From the IMG/VR virus record IMGVR_UViG_3300037852_000046, positions 1 to 64,000 of that record: a stretch of 64,000 nucleotides of DNA. One strand, 5' to 3'. The stretch comes from a virus. The translations under genes were made by a program, and so were the position numbers. Each line of letters begins with the position of its first letter. The stretch's first letter is position 1. Shown here in pieces: positions 36,295 through 46,211 of this stretch. The notes under the pieces were generated by a model, which ran no database searches, was not told the origin of the DNA, and saw only the letters and a list, made by a program, of their open reading frames with translations.

Positions 36295-37077
36295 ATGGGC
36301 AACGGTTATCTGAAAAACGTCTCGCAGGATCCGGTTGCCATCCAGTTCCCGCTGGCTGCAACCCTGAACCGGATCGGCGGGCACTCCCGCGTGGCCGTGT
36401 ACGGGCATCATCCGAGTCCGGTTACTGCTGGCGCGGACATCTGGGAAGGAAGCGGGGCGTACCCGTTTCAGGCGGCGGCTACCGTTCTGGAGATTCTTTC
36501 CGCTTCAGCGAGCGACACGGCAGCAGGCACCGGAGCCAGGACATTCCTGCTGAACGGACTGGACGCGAATTACAACGTGATAAGCGAGACGCTTACGTTA
36601 AACGGCACGACGCCGGTTCAGACGGTGAACAGCTATCTGCGCGTGAATTCGTTGAACATCGCTACCGCTGGCAGCGGGCAGGTGAATGCAGGCGACATCA
36701 CCTTGCGCGTGACGGGGGCAGGAGCTACACAGGCGCTGGCACGGGCGGGGTACGGTTACGCGAAACAGGCTATCTACACGGTACCGGCGGGTTTTACGTT
36801 ACTGGTGACGGATCTGCTGCTCGAATGTGGGGGCACCGGTACGACGAGTGTGATTACGTTCAGTTTCACGCGTATCAACGCTTTCACAGGCAATATCATC
36901 CAGACGACCAGTGAATACCTGGCGGGGCCTTTGTTCCCGGTCCAACGCAGCGTAATCGTGGGCGCGATGGTACAGCAGCGGACGACGCTTACAACGCGCG
37001 TCAAGGCGGTGACCGGTACGGTAGACGGGTTCGCGGCTTTCGAGGGTATCCTGATCGACAATACGCAACTGGTGTAG
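36295..37077 (+). CDS. Beta-rich hypothetical (probably virion) protein
   Basis: GAGGA RBS; SASDTAAGTGART..GLDANY....E...LNG motif. Confidence 0.75.
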   Translation: MGNGYLKNVSQDPVAIQFPLAATLNRIGGHSRVAVYGHHPSPVTAGADIWEGSGAYPFQAAATVLEILSASASDTAAGTGARTFLLNGLDANYNVISETLTLNGTTPVQTVNSYLRVNSLNIATAGSGQVNAGDITLRVTGAGATQALARAGYGYAKQAIYTVPAGFTLLVTDLLLECGGTGTTSVITFSFTRINAFTGNIIQTTSEYLAGPLFPVQRSVIVGAMVQQRTTLTTRVKAVTGTVDGFAAFEGILIDNTQLV

Positions 37078-37079
37078 CC

Positions 37080-37199
37080 ATGACGAAACAGCCATTCACG
37101 CATAAGCCGAACTTGCCGCGCCATCCGAAAGAGAAGCAGAAGCACGAACAGCACGGCGAGAAGGTCCAGAAGCAGCGCGAACTTGCGAAGCGCAAATGA
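37080..37199 (+). CDS. 39-aa basic peptide (MTKQPFTHKPNLPRHPKEKQK...)
   Basis: Fills the gap; ATGA overlap with the next gene. Confidence 0.55.
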   Translation: MTKQPFTHKPNLPRHPKEKQKHEQHGEKVQKQRELAKRK

Positions 37200-37393
37200 G
37201 GAAGTGCAAAACCCCAGGGGCCATGTTTCATTTCATGGTCGGCGCGCCTAATGCGGCGGGTCAGACTGAGATCCGCGCGGGCGTCACGCTACCCGGGGGG
37301 GTCACCGTCGATGAGGCCACGGCCGAAAAACTGGACAGGGCGTTTCACGACGCGATGGAAAGGGTTCTGGCTCCTTTGTGGAAGGTGAAATAA
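37196..37393 (+). CDS. Hypothetical protein, 65 aa
   Basis: Coupled to TerL by TAATG. Confidence 0.65.
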   Translation: MRKCKTPGAMFHFMVGAPNAAGQTEIRAGVTLPGGVTVDEATAEKLDRAFHDAMERVLAPLWKVK

Positions 37394-39396
37394 TGAGCCT
37401 GACGAACGCCTCCATGCTCCGGGTGATATCGGAGGACCGGGCACTCGCCAGCGCCATGGTGTTCCCGCACCGGCATCCGCAGCAAAGTCCCCCGGCGCAC
37501 GTGAGGATCATGGACGCATGGCGCAGTGTTGACCCGCTGGTGCTCATCGAGATGTTCCGGGAAGGAGGGAAGAGCACCCTGTCGGAGGAGTTCCTGCTGC
37601 TCGAAGCCGGCTTCGGCAACATGGGCTATTGCATCATCATTGGCGAGACATACACCAAGGCGTGCCAGCGACTGGAGGCGATCAAGTTTGAGGCGGCGAC
37701 CAACACGAAGCTCCTGAGCCTGTTCGGCAAGATGGCGAAGTGCGCCGGCAGGCTGTGGAACGAACACCAGTTCGAACTTCCAAACGGCGTGCTTCTGGAA
37801 GCGCACGGTTGGGAGGAAGAGTTCCGGGGGTTCAAGTGGCATGACCTGCGGCCTGACCGCGCGTATCTGGACGACATCGAGAACCGGGAGCGGGTGAAGG
37901 ACGCTGCGACGGTGAAGAAGAGCGTGAACAAGCTCTATCTCGAACTGATGCCTGCGATGGACAAGGAGAAGGGGAAAATCCGCATCACCGGGACGCCACT
38001 GGCCGAGGACTGCATGATCACGCGGCTGCGGGCGAACCCCGACTGGACGAGTTTCCAGTTTCCGATCTGCAACGGGGAAATTGACGACCCGGCGACCGTT
38101 GCCACGTGGCCGGAGCGGTATCCGATGGAGTGGGTCCGGGGGAAGCGCGACCAGATGGAGCGCGCCGGGGAACTGAACGGATTCTTGCAGGAGTACATGC
38201 TCAAGGCAATCGGCACGGCCGACAAGCCATTCGAGGAGCGCCATTTACATGAGATTGCGATCGATCCTGCACCTTGGCTGCCGCGTACTCTGGTGGTGGA
38301 TCCTGCCCGCACTGCTAACGTGGGCAGTTCTGACCGGACGGGCCGAGTGGTTCTTTCTCGGCTCGGAACCCGTATCTACGTGCATGCAAGCTCCGGCGAG
38401 TACTGGAAGCCAGATGCCATCATCGCCGACGCTTTTGACACATCCCGCAGATTTGATGCCGCAACTGTGGCGATAGAGAAGAATTCGCTGGACGAGTGGC
38501 TTTTGCAACCGCTGCGCGCGGAGATGCTGCGACGCGGGGAGAGCCTGCCGCTGAAGGCGATTCAGGCACCGCAGGACCGTTCGAAAGAACAGTTCATCCT
38601 CGGGCTGCAACCCTTCTTCGAAGCCGGGGACATCGTGCTCGTCGGAGGACGCGGCGCGCACAGCCAGCTTGTGGCGGAAATCCTGAACTTTCCGAGCGGC
38701 AAGCGGGATATACTGAACGCGCTGGCGTACGCCCAGCGGGTGTTTTCAGGAGTACCGGTGTATGAAGACTTCGGGGCATGGAATCTCATCGAAGGGTACG
38801 AGCCAAGCGCGCGAGATAGCTTGGCTCTGTGTTTTAACGCTTCAGGTTCTGACACTACGGCTGCTCTGGTTTCTGTTGAAGGTGAGCGCATGGTTGCCGT
38901 GGCCGACTGGATCTCGCCTGTTTCTCCTGCTCAAGCTGTACCGGACATCGTGCGCCTTGTCCGCGCGACTTTCCCTCGAGCGAAGGTGAACGCGTGGCTG
39001 CCGGCCGACGTGATGGATCAGGCGGACCGCATGCCGTTGCTCGCCGCGATGCGCGCGGCGAAACTGATGCCGATGCGCGGCGCGTACCCCTCACTGGCGC
39101 GCGGCGCGCTTAGCCCGCTGATCCGCACGGAGATGAAGGGCAAGCGCCTGTTCCTCGTTGACTCTCAGGCGCGGCATACGATGAACGCCCTGGCCGGCGG
39201 ATACGTGTTCCCGATGAGCAAGTCCGGGCAGCAGGGCACGGAACCGGAGCGCGGGCCGCATCGCACGTTGATCGAAGGGCTGGAAGCGGCGGCGTACGTA
39301 ATCTGCTCCAGCGCTGGAAATTCCTTGACAGATGAGTTACATTTGGCGTCAAACCCCCATGGGGCTCAATATTTCACTTCTCTTCCTCGGAGATGA
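37393..39396 (+). CDS. terL: Terminase large subunit
   Basis: FREGGKST Walker A variant, YLDDIE Walker B, GTPL, FLQEYM, VVDPA nuclease motif, AIEKN. Confidence 0.9.
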   Translation: MSLTNASMLRVISEDRALASAMVFPHRHPQQSPPAHVRIMDAWRSVDPLVLIEMFREGGKSTLSEEFLLLEAGFGNMGYCIIIGETYTKACQRLEAIKFEAATNTKLLSLFGKMAKCAGRLWNEHQFELPNGVLLEAHGWEEEFRGFKWHDLRPDRAYLDDIENRERVKDAATVKKSVNKLYLELMPAMDKEKGKIRITGTPLAEDCMITRLRANPDWTSFQFPICNGEIDDPATVATWPERYPMEWVRGKRDQMERAGELNGFLQEYMLKAIGTADKPFEERHLHEIAIDPAPWLPRTLVVDPARTANVGSSDRTGRVVLSRLGTRIYVHASSGEYWKPDAIIADAFDTSRRFDAATVAIEKNSLDEWLLQPLRAEMLRRGESLPLKAIQAPQDRSKEQFILGLQPFFEAGDIVLVGGRGAHSQLVAEILNFPSGKRDILNALAYAQRVFSGVPVYEDFGAWNLIEGYEPSARDSLALCFNASGSDTTAALVSVEGERMVAVADWISPVSPAQAVPDIVRLVRATFPRAKVNAWLPADVMDQADRMPLLAAMRAAKLMPMRGAYPSLARGALSPLIRTEMKGKRLFLVDSQARHTMNALAGGYVFPMSKSGQQGTEPERGPHRTLIEGLEAAAYVICSSAGNSLTDELHLASNPHGAQYFTSLPRR

Positions 39397-39398
39397 TC

Positions 39399-39560
39399 AT
39401 GGCCGTTTCCCGTACCATTACCCCGAAAGCCCCGACGCAAAACCCCGTTGCCTTCTACAAGTGCGAGCAGCAGGGCGGGTGCCACGGCACGCCCACGAAG
39501 GTTGGCGAGAAGCTGACCGGCGGTCCGATGCGCGAAGTAATGCGCCGCAAGGGGCTGTAA
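39399..39560 (+). CDS. Small basic peptide (homolog of 522-683)
   Basis: Frame-conserved homolog. Confidence 0.75.
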   Translation: MAVSRTITPKAPTQNPVAFYKCEQQGGCHGTPTKVGEKLTGGPMREVMRRKGL

Positions 39561-39561
39561 G

Positions 39562-39723
39562 GTGGAAGGCAAGAAAGGCCGCATGAACCGGGTGTACACG
39601 GCACCCGGTGTCAAGGCTTCTCCTGAAGCCGTGAAGAAGGGCGGGCGCACGGACGACCCCGGTAAGGGCAAGATGCTCGCGCGCGCGGGCACTTCGAAGC
39701 ACAAAGGCAAGATGGGGTACTGA
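39562..39723 (+). CDS. Small Lys/Gly-rich peptide (homolog of 684-848)
   Basis: Frame-conserved homolog. Confidence 0.7.
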   Translation: MEGKKGRMNRVYTAPGVKASPEAVKKGGRTDDPGKGKMLARAGTSKHKGKMGY

Positions 39724-39725
39724 TC

Positions 39726-39878
39726 GTGGGCTATCGCGACCATCACAGGAGCACAGGCAGCGAGTCAGGCGCGAAGGATGTGCGCAAGACTCCCGGCAAG
39801 TCGCCGAAAGTGCCCCCGAAGGGCGCGAAGCGCAAGATCATCGCGCGGCATGCGGACCAGAAACGCAAGGTGAAATGA
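39726..39878 (+). CDS. Small basic peptide (homolog of 851-988)
   Basis: Frame-conserved homolog. Confidence 0.7.
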   Translation: MGYRDHHRSTGSESGAKDVRKTPGKSPKVPPKGAKRKIIARHADQKRKVK

Positions 39879-39879
39879 C

Positions 39880-40092
39880 ATGGTAACGAAAGCGGATCGT
39901 CGGGGTAATACCGGGAAGAACTGGTCGCAGTCGGTCGAATTGCGCGATGGCAAGATGTGGGCGGATTCGAAGACGCCTTTCGGTCGCACGTCGAAGAAGC
40001 CGGAAGAAGATGACCGCACAGCCCCGTCCAAGAAAGAGCGCAATACCGGGACGACCGTCGCGAAGCGCCTGGCGGGTAAGGTGATTGGGTGA
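39880..40092 (+). CDS. Small basic protein (homolog of 985-1200)
   Basis: Homology to copy A. Confidence 0.8.
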   Translation: MVTKADRRGNTGKNWSQSVELRDGKMWADSKTPFGRTSKKPEEDDRTAPSKKERNTGTTVAKRLAGKVIG

Positions 40093-40628
40093 AGACCTGT
40101 TCTAAATGCGGACAGGAAAAGCCATTGACAGAGTTTTCATTTCTGAAAGGCGTTCCACGTTCACATTGCAAAGTATGCAAGGCGACCACGGCAGCAGAAT
40201 GGCGTAAGGCAAACCCCGGCCGGATGGAGGCAAAATCCGCCGAATGGTACGCGCAAAACGCAAAACGCAAACAGGAAACGAACGCGACATGGCGCGCGGC
40301 GAATCCTGAGAAAGCGAAAGCGGCGCAAGTGAAGGCTACGGCGCGTTGGCGTGAAGCGAATCCGCATCGAGTGACCGCCAAGCAGGCTAGGCGGACGGCG
40401 GCGCAACTTCAGGCGACGCCCACGTGGGCGGATGAAAAGGCTATCAGGCAGTATTATCTGATAGCAAATTACCTGTCGGTGGAATTGAATTCTCCGTTTC
40501 AGGTAGATCACGTAGTGCCGCTTCAGTCAAAAGAGGTATGCGGCTTGCATGCCCAAACTAATCTGTCGATCCTGCCAGCGGCATGGAACGCAAAGAAAGG
40601 CAATCGGACATGGCCCGGAAAGCCGTAA
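40089..40628 (+). CDS. HNH homing endonuclease (copy B only)
   Basis: CSKC..CKVC zinc finger; ATPTWAD...QVDHVVPL..VCGLH. Confidence 0.88.
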   Translation: MKTCSKCGQEKPLTEFSFLKGVPRSHCKVCKATTAAEWRKANPGRMEAKSAEWYAQNAKRKQETNATWRAANPEKAKAAQVKATARWREANPHRVTAKQARRTAAQLQATPTWADEKAIRQYYLIANYLSVELNSPFQVDHVVPLQSKEVCGLHAQTNLSILPAAWNAKKGNRTWPGKP

Positions 40629-42790
40629 AAAAGAAAGAAGAATTTGAGGACCAGCCGGTTATTGAGACCGTGGGTTCGCGCGTCATCGACGCGGAACGCC
40701 TTGATGAAAAGCTGGAAAATTTCGCGGAAGACCTCGGCTCAGACGCGATGATCGAAGCGGCCAAGTTGTACCCGAAAATTCAGAAGAGCTACGAGAACAA
40801 GCAACAGCAGTCCGACCGCGTGGAAGAATGCTGGAACATCTTTAATGCAATTCCCGATGAGAATCAGCAGTATACCGGAAATTCGCAATGTTATGTTCCA
40901 ATAGTCAGAGATTGCATCAATGCACGTTGTAAACGCACTCTCGCTACTCTCTTTCCCGCCAATTACAAGCACGTAGACGCCATTGGACCTTCCAGCGTTA
41001 CGCCGTTTCCTACACTCGCCCTGCTCGAACACTACATCCGAAAGACGAATCTGAAGGATATCGTTCGCGCGGATCTGCTTTCGGGCGATGTAACCGGCCA
41101 GTGGCTGCTTTACGTGGACTGGATGCGTACGACACGGCGAATCACTGAGCTTGTAAAGAAGCCACCGATTGTCGAGACCCTGTCGGGCGAGGAAGAGGAC
41201 GTTACGATCGAAGAAGAATGGGATGTTGAAGAAAAGACGATCGTTGACGAAATGCCGGACATTACCCCGATGGCCGTTGACGATCTCGCGGTCTACCCCC
41301 CTACAGTGAACGACATCGAGAAGGCTACGGCCACGGCGATTCGTCTGCGCCTGTCGAAGGAATCCGTCGAGCAGTTCATTGAAGAAGGTGTCTTCGTCGG
41401 CTGGAACGCGAAAGAGATCATGGACAATCTGAACGAGCCGGACGGCGGCCGCCAGAAACGCGTCCCGAACAAGCGCCGCACGGCAGATGCCGGCGTGCGC
41501 ACCGAGGGCACGTACAAGTACGCGCTGATTTACGAAGTCCATACGAATCTGGAACTGGAAGAAGGCAAGGGCAAAGAGCCTTGTTTTGTCTATTACGCCG
41601 GCCCGGAAGTCATTCTCGGTATCATCCGAAACCCGTTCTGGTCGAAGAAGCGCCCCATCATTACGGCACCCGTTGAGCGGATTCAGGGAACGATTTACGG
41701 GATCTCGCGTGTCGAACCCGTGAAGTACCTCCAGTGGAACGTGAACGATTTCTTCAACATGGGGATGGATAGCGCTCAATACGCGCTTTTGCCTATCGTC
41801 ATGACCGATCCGTTAGCCAACCCCAATTACCAGAGTATGGTGATGGGGCTAGCCGCTGTGTGGCTCACGAACCCGCAAACAACACAATTCGCGCAGTTCC
41901 CGGCGATATACAAAGATTCCATCGCGCTTTGTAATGCAATCAAGGCGCAGATCAAAGAATCGATGGATGTCAATGACGCGATGCTTGGGACCCTCCCCCC
42001 AGGCAGGAAGAATCAGGCGCAGGCCGCAGCGCAGGCGCAGGAGCAACAGTCGAATATCATCGACCACGCGAAGCGTTACGAAGGTTGCATTTTGAACCCG
42101 TTGCTGGAACGCATGTTTGAGCTCGACCGTCAGTTTCGTACGAAGGAACTTACGGTCGTCACGATGGGCGAAGTCGGAGCTCGAGCAAAACAGGAAGAAA
42201 TCCCGGTTCAGGCATTCAGCGAGCGCTACTTCTTCCGCTGGTGTGGCACAGCCTATCAGACCGGAATGCAGCGCATGCAGCAGATGATTGCGTGGATGAA
42301 CGTGCTGCGCGGCATCCCCCCGCAGCAACTGGACGGCCGGCGGCTCAACGTCGGCCCGATTCTGGAGATGGGCACTGAGCAGATTTTCGGGCCGGAAGTC
42401 GGCCCGCGTATCCTGATCGATGAGCGCAATCTGTTCCACGTTGAGCCGTCAGACGAGAACCTGATGATGCACAACGGTTTGCCAGCGGAAGTGCATCCGG
42501 CGGATGACGATCAGCGGCACATCGCGGAGCATATGCGCGGTGCGACGCTGACCGGCGATCCGGTCGGCCTGTTCCGCGCGCACATCCAGCAACATCAGCA
42601 GGCCATGAACCAGAAGATGCAAAAGGCACTTGGGCCGCCGCAAGGGCAACAGGGCATACCCGGCGGCGCGGGCCCAGGCGTGGCCGGCACCCCGCGACCG
42701 GGCGCACAACCCGGCCAGCCTCGCCCGCAAGGCCCGCCCGGTATGGTGAATCCGGATCAGGTTCAGGATGCACAGATGGGGCCGCGCTAA
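40610..42790 (+). CDS. Portal protein
   Basis: Homolog of 1200-3374; start overlaps the HNH 3' end. Confidence 0.85.
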   Translation: MARKAVKKKEEFEDQPVIETVGSRVIDAERLDEKLENFAEDLGSDAMIEAAKLYPKIQKSYENKQQQSDRVEECWNIFNAIPDENQQYTGNSQCYVPIVRDCINARCKRTLATLFPANYKHVDAIGPSSVTPFPTLALLEHYIRKTNLKDIVRADLLSGDVTGQWLLYVDWMRTTRRITELVKKPPIVETLSGEEEDVTIEEEWDVEEKTIVDEMPDITPMAVDDLAVYPPTVNDIEKATATAIRLRLSKESVEQFIEEGVFVGWNAKEIMDNLNEPDGGRQKRVPNKRRTADAGVRTEGTYKYALIYEVHTNLELEEGKGKEPCFVYYAGPEVILGIIRNPFWSKKRPIITAPVERIQGTIYGISRVEPVKYLQWNVNDFFNMGMDSAQYALLPIVMTDPLANPNYQSMVMGLAAVWLTNPQTTQFAQFPAIYKDSIALCNAIKAQIKESMDVNDAMLGTLPPGRKNQAQAAAQAQEQQSNIIDHAKRYEGCILNPLLERMFELDRQFRTKELTVVTMGEVGARAKQEEIPVQAFSERYFFRWCGTAYQTGMQRMQQMIAWMNVLRGIPPQQLDGRRLNVGPILEMGTEQIFGPEVGPRILIDERNLFHVEPSDENLMMHNGLPAEVHPADDDQRHIAEHMRGATLTGDPVGLFRAHIQQHQQAMNQKMQKALGPPQGQQGIPGGAGPGVAGTPRPGAQPGQPRPQGPPGMVNPDQVQDAQMGPR

Positions 42791-43119
42791 TGATTGCACG
42801 TTCGACGCTATGGGGCACTATCCAGTTCGGTGATGAGTTTTACAGGCTCACCGAACTGGAGCAGTGCGCCATCGTTGCACATGAGAAGGGCCACATCCAC
42901 CACCGGCACGCATGGAAACGCCTCGCGCGTCTCGTGACTTTCAGATGGAAAGGCTTTTTCGAGATGTGCGAAGCGCAGGAACTGGAAGCGGACCGCTACG
43001 CCGTGGCGCGCGGCCATGTGCCCGGACTGATCTCTTTCCTGCTTCGCAGTAACCTGCATGTAAAATCGGCCGGATATCCGACGCACAAACAGCGCATAGA
43101 GGCTATCCATGTCCGATGA
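42790..43119 (+). CDS. Minimal M48-like zinc peptidase
   Basis: AHEKGH, ELEADRYA. Confidence 0.75.
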   Translation: MIARSTLWGTIQFGDEFYRLTELEQCAIVAHEKGHIHHRHAWKRLARLVTFRWKGFFEMCEAQELEADRYAVARGHVPGLISFLLRSNLHVKSAGYPTHKQRIEAIHVR

Positions 43120-44893
43120 ATTTGTCTTCAATATCCCGGTAGTCAAAGGCGAGGGTGTTGGCGTACCGGTGAGCGAGGTTCAACGCGCGATCAATTCGAT
43201 CTGCCAGCAGACAGCGGCGGATCTGAACCTGATTGCATCAGGTGGCTTCCCTCTCAACAACGTGAACATCACCGGCGGCACGATCACGGGCGTTACTGGC
43301 GCGACGCAAGGCCCGACGGACAACTCTCTACTGCTCGCGACGGATGCCTTCGTCAATCAGCAGGTCATCCGGAATACAGCGACCGTTCCCCTTTCGATCA
43401 CGGGCGGTATCTACAATCAGGAATCGCTCGGTTCAGGGCTTCAGGTAGTCGTCTTTGCCTCTGGCGGAGTGATCACAGGTATTCTGTCTATCGCCGTACC
43501 CGGCAGCGGTTATGCCGTGGGCGATATTCTGGTGCTTCCGGGCGGTAATTCGGATGCGGTGATCCGCGTCACCGTAGTTGGGGGCGGCGGTTCGGTAACC
43601 ACGACGCAGATCCTGTACGGCGGCACGGGCTATTCGACCGGCGCGCAGATCGCTGGAGCCGTTGTGCCGCCCGGAGAGCGTCAGGTTATCCTGACAGGAA
43701 CGCTTACCAGCAACGCGACGATCATTATCGCGGCAGGGAATTTCAATAACGCTTCCCGCCGACCGGCATTCGTCAACAATACGACGGGAGCCTTCACCGT
43801 CACAGTGGCGTTGAGTAATGGCGCGGGCGGTACAACAGGCTCCAGCGTCGTTCTGCCGCAAGGCACTGCCAATTCCTCCGCTGTCGTTCTGGAAACGGAC
43901 GGTGAGACGGGCGTATGGATTGCGAATACGCCTCTCGGGATTGGCGCTTTGCCCTCGACCTCGCCGACGATTACCGGCGCAACGATTACCAGCAGCACGA
44001 TCAACAGTACATCGGTCGGCGCGACGACGCCTTCAACCGGCGCTTTCACGACGTTGACCGCGTCCACGCCGGTAGGTGTCGCGAGCGGCGGCACGGGCCT
44101 TGGGGCTTTGACGGCGTTTAACGTCCTGGTCGGCAACGGTACGGGAAACGTCGCGCTGATTGCGCCTGGCGCAGCCGGAATTCCACTTACCTCGCGCGGC
44201 GCGGGCACGAATCCGGCATTCCAGGGGATCACAGTCCCCGGCGGCGGAACCGGACAGACGACGCTCACAGCGCATAGTGTCCTGCTCGGCGAAGGCACAG
44301 GTGCAGTAGCGTTCGCGACGGGCACGACAGGGCAGATGTTGATTGGCGTCACGGGGGCCGATCCGGCGTTCGGAAATAACCCGACGATCACGGGCGGAAC
44401 AATCGACAACGCGGTAATTGGCGGCACGACTCCGGCGGCGGTTACCGCTACTACGCTCGTAGCAACCGGAATGTCGCGCGTTATCGCTAGTACGACGAAC
44501 GCATTAAGTTTGACAAGTGGGGCAACGACTGTCGTTACGACCTTTACGGCAACGGTGAACGTCGGAGCAAACTTTGTGGCGTCCACGGGTGTTTATACCG
44601 CGCCGGCCACGGGGCAGTATGCGGTAAGCGCGGCGTTTCGAACGACTTCTGCCACCGTGGCGGCCAATACCCAATTCATCGTCATTTTCAACGTGAACGG
44701 CGCGGCGGTTCAGCAAGCGGGCGTAACGTATCAGTCTAACGTGGCCACTACCTGCCAGGCGACTTGCGCCACAGTTCTCAACGTGACTTCAGGCCAGACG
44801 ATAACGGTATCGATTTTCCAGAGCACAGCGGCGACGTTGACGCTAGACGGGGCCGCCGCCGCCAACTGGCTTACGATATCCAGGCTTTATTGA
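43109..44893 (+). CDS. Virion fibre protein with C1q-like C-terminal domain
   Basis: NFVASTGVYTAPATGQY motif; central repeat module shared with copy A. Confidence 0.7.
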   Translation: MSDEFVFNIPVVKGEGVGVPVSEVQRAINSICQQTAADLNLIASGGFPLNNVNITGGTITGVTGATQGPTDNSLLLATDAFVNQQVIRNTATVPLSITGGIYNQESLGSGLQVVVFASGGVITGILSIAVPGSGYAVGDILVLPGGNSDAVIRVTVVGGGGSVTTTQILYGGTGYSTGAQIAGAVVPPGERQVILTGTLTSNATIIIAAGNFNNASRRPAFVNNTTGAFTVTVALSNGAGGTTGSSVVLPQGTANSSAVVLETDGETGVWIANTPLGIGALPSTSPTITGATITSSTINSTSVGATTPSTGAFTTLTASTPVGVASGGTGLGALTAFNVLVGNGTGNVALIAPGAAGIPLTSRGAGTNPAFQGITVPGGGTGQTTLTAHSVLLGEGTGAVAFATGTTGQMLIGVTGADPAFGNNPTITGGTIDNAVIGGTTPAAVTATTLVATGMSRVIASTTNALSLTSGATTVVTTFTATVNVGANFVASTGVYTAPATGQYAVSAAFRTTSATVAANTQFIVIFNVNGAAVQQAGVTYQSNVATTCQATCATVLNVTSGQTITVSIFQSTAATLTLDGAAAANWLTISRLY

Positions 44894-44918
44894 CTTTTTT
44901 GTAACAATCGCATATAAC
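44890..44918 (+). promoter_or_regulatory. Head-gene promoter
   Basis: TTGACT-17 bp-TATAAC. Confidence 0.75.
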
Positions 44919-44945
44919 CGGCGAAAGCCTATACAGGAGCTTATC

Positions 44946-45452
44946 GTGCGAAAACTCAAACTGGCCGAAGTGATCGGCGCTCTTTTCCCCGCGATCCAGG
45001 GCCAGACTCCTGTTATCGCTGACAACGGCTCCATGCCTGATCAGGTCGGCCTGATCAATGCGCTGATTTCGGTCAACCCGTGGCCGGCGACGGCATACAA
45101 CCTCGACACGCACACGGGTGCTTTTACCGCCACGCAGCAGCAGGTCATGGCGGCGGAGAATACCTTTCTCGCCCTGTCCCTCACCGGCGCGGCGGCGGTT
45201 ACTCTGCCGACTGTAGCTACGCTCCTTTCGACGATGACTCCGCAGCAAGCGGTAGTCGGGTCAACGACCAACCTTCGCATCATTAACGCCACCGGCTTTA
45301 CTGCTACCGTCACGACCAACACTGGCTGGACGTTAAATGGCACGATGACGGTCGCCACTACCGTGTGGCGCGACTTCGTGATTCAGATCACGGCCACAGG
45401 CGCGACTCCTACGGCGACCATCCAGAATGTCGGCGCTGGCGACGCAACGTAA
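44946..45452 (+). CDS. Putative head decoration protein (LFPA leader)
   Basis: Homolog of 5605-6129. Confidence 0.65.
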   Translation: MRKLKLAEVIGALFPAIQGQTPVIADNGSMPDQVGLINALISVNPWPATAYNLDTHTGAFTATQQQVMAAENTFLALSLTGAAAVTLPTVATLLSTMTPQQAVVGSTTNLRIINATGFTATVTTNTGWTLNGTMTVATTVWRDFVIQITATGATPTATIQNVGAGDAT

Positions 45453-45461
45453 GGAACAACA

Positions 45462-46196
45462 ATGAACAAGCTGCTTAAAAAGCTGCTCAAAAAGCTGCTC
45501 GGCCTTCTATTCCCGGGGATTGACGGCGATGACGATAATGTTGATCCTCCTGACGATCCTGACACACCTGATCCCGATAGTGGCGATCCTGATCTTGATC
45601 TCGACCTTGATCTGCCTGACGATCCTCCTCCACGCACCGCCGCGCGTCACGACGATTCTGGTGAGCGCCTGGCTAGGCTGGAAGCTGAAGTCGAAAGGCG
45701 CGGCCGCCTGGCGGCAGAAGCCGCAGCACGCCAGCCCACGGTAGACAGTGAGTTCCAGCGGGAAGAAGAGCGTCTCCGCAATCCGGAAACGACGGAGCTT
45801 GAGCGCTGGCAGATCCAGTCAAACCGCACACTGCGCGAAGCGAAGGCCGAAGCGCGTCAGGCAAGACTCGAAGCGGCCGACATGATCGACCGTACGCGGT
45901 TCGAGTCGAAGAACACGACCGATCCGCGACGCGCGAAGTACGCGGACCGCGTGGAAGAAGCGATACAGCAGGAGCGGAATCAAGGGCGCAACGCGTCGCG
46001 CGAGGCGGTCTACTTCTACCTGCTCGGCAAGGATATCGCGGAAGGCAAGCTTAAAGCGAAGGCAAAACCGGCATCGAAAGCGCCGGACGTGCCGCGCGGC
46101 AGGTCTCCGGGGGTTCGGAGCGACGTACCAGGCCGGGGTCGGCCCACGACTGATCAGGACAAGCGTAGAGCGCGTCTTGAGAATCAGAATATTTAA
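45462..46196 (+). CDS. Putative scaffolding protein
   Basis: Homolog of 6139-6864 with a 4-residue duplication in the leader. Confidence 0.75.
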   Translation: MNKLLKKLLKKLLGLLFPGIDGDDDNVDPPDDPDTPDPDSGDPDLDLDLDLPDDPPPRTAARHDDSGERLARLEAEVERRGRLAAEAAARQPTVDSEFQREEERLRNPETTELERWQIQSNRTLREAKAEARQARLEAADMIDRTRFESKNTTDPRRAKYADRVEEAIQQERNQGRNASREAVYFYLLGKDIAEGKLKAKAKPASKAPDVPRGRSPGVRSDVPGRGRPTTDQDKRRARLENQNI

Positions 46197-46211
46197 CCAC
46201 GAGAGGAAACC

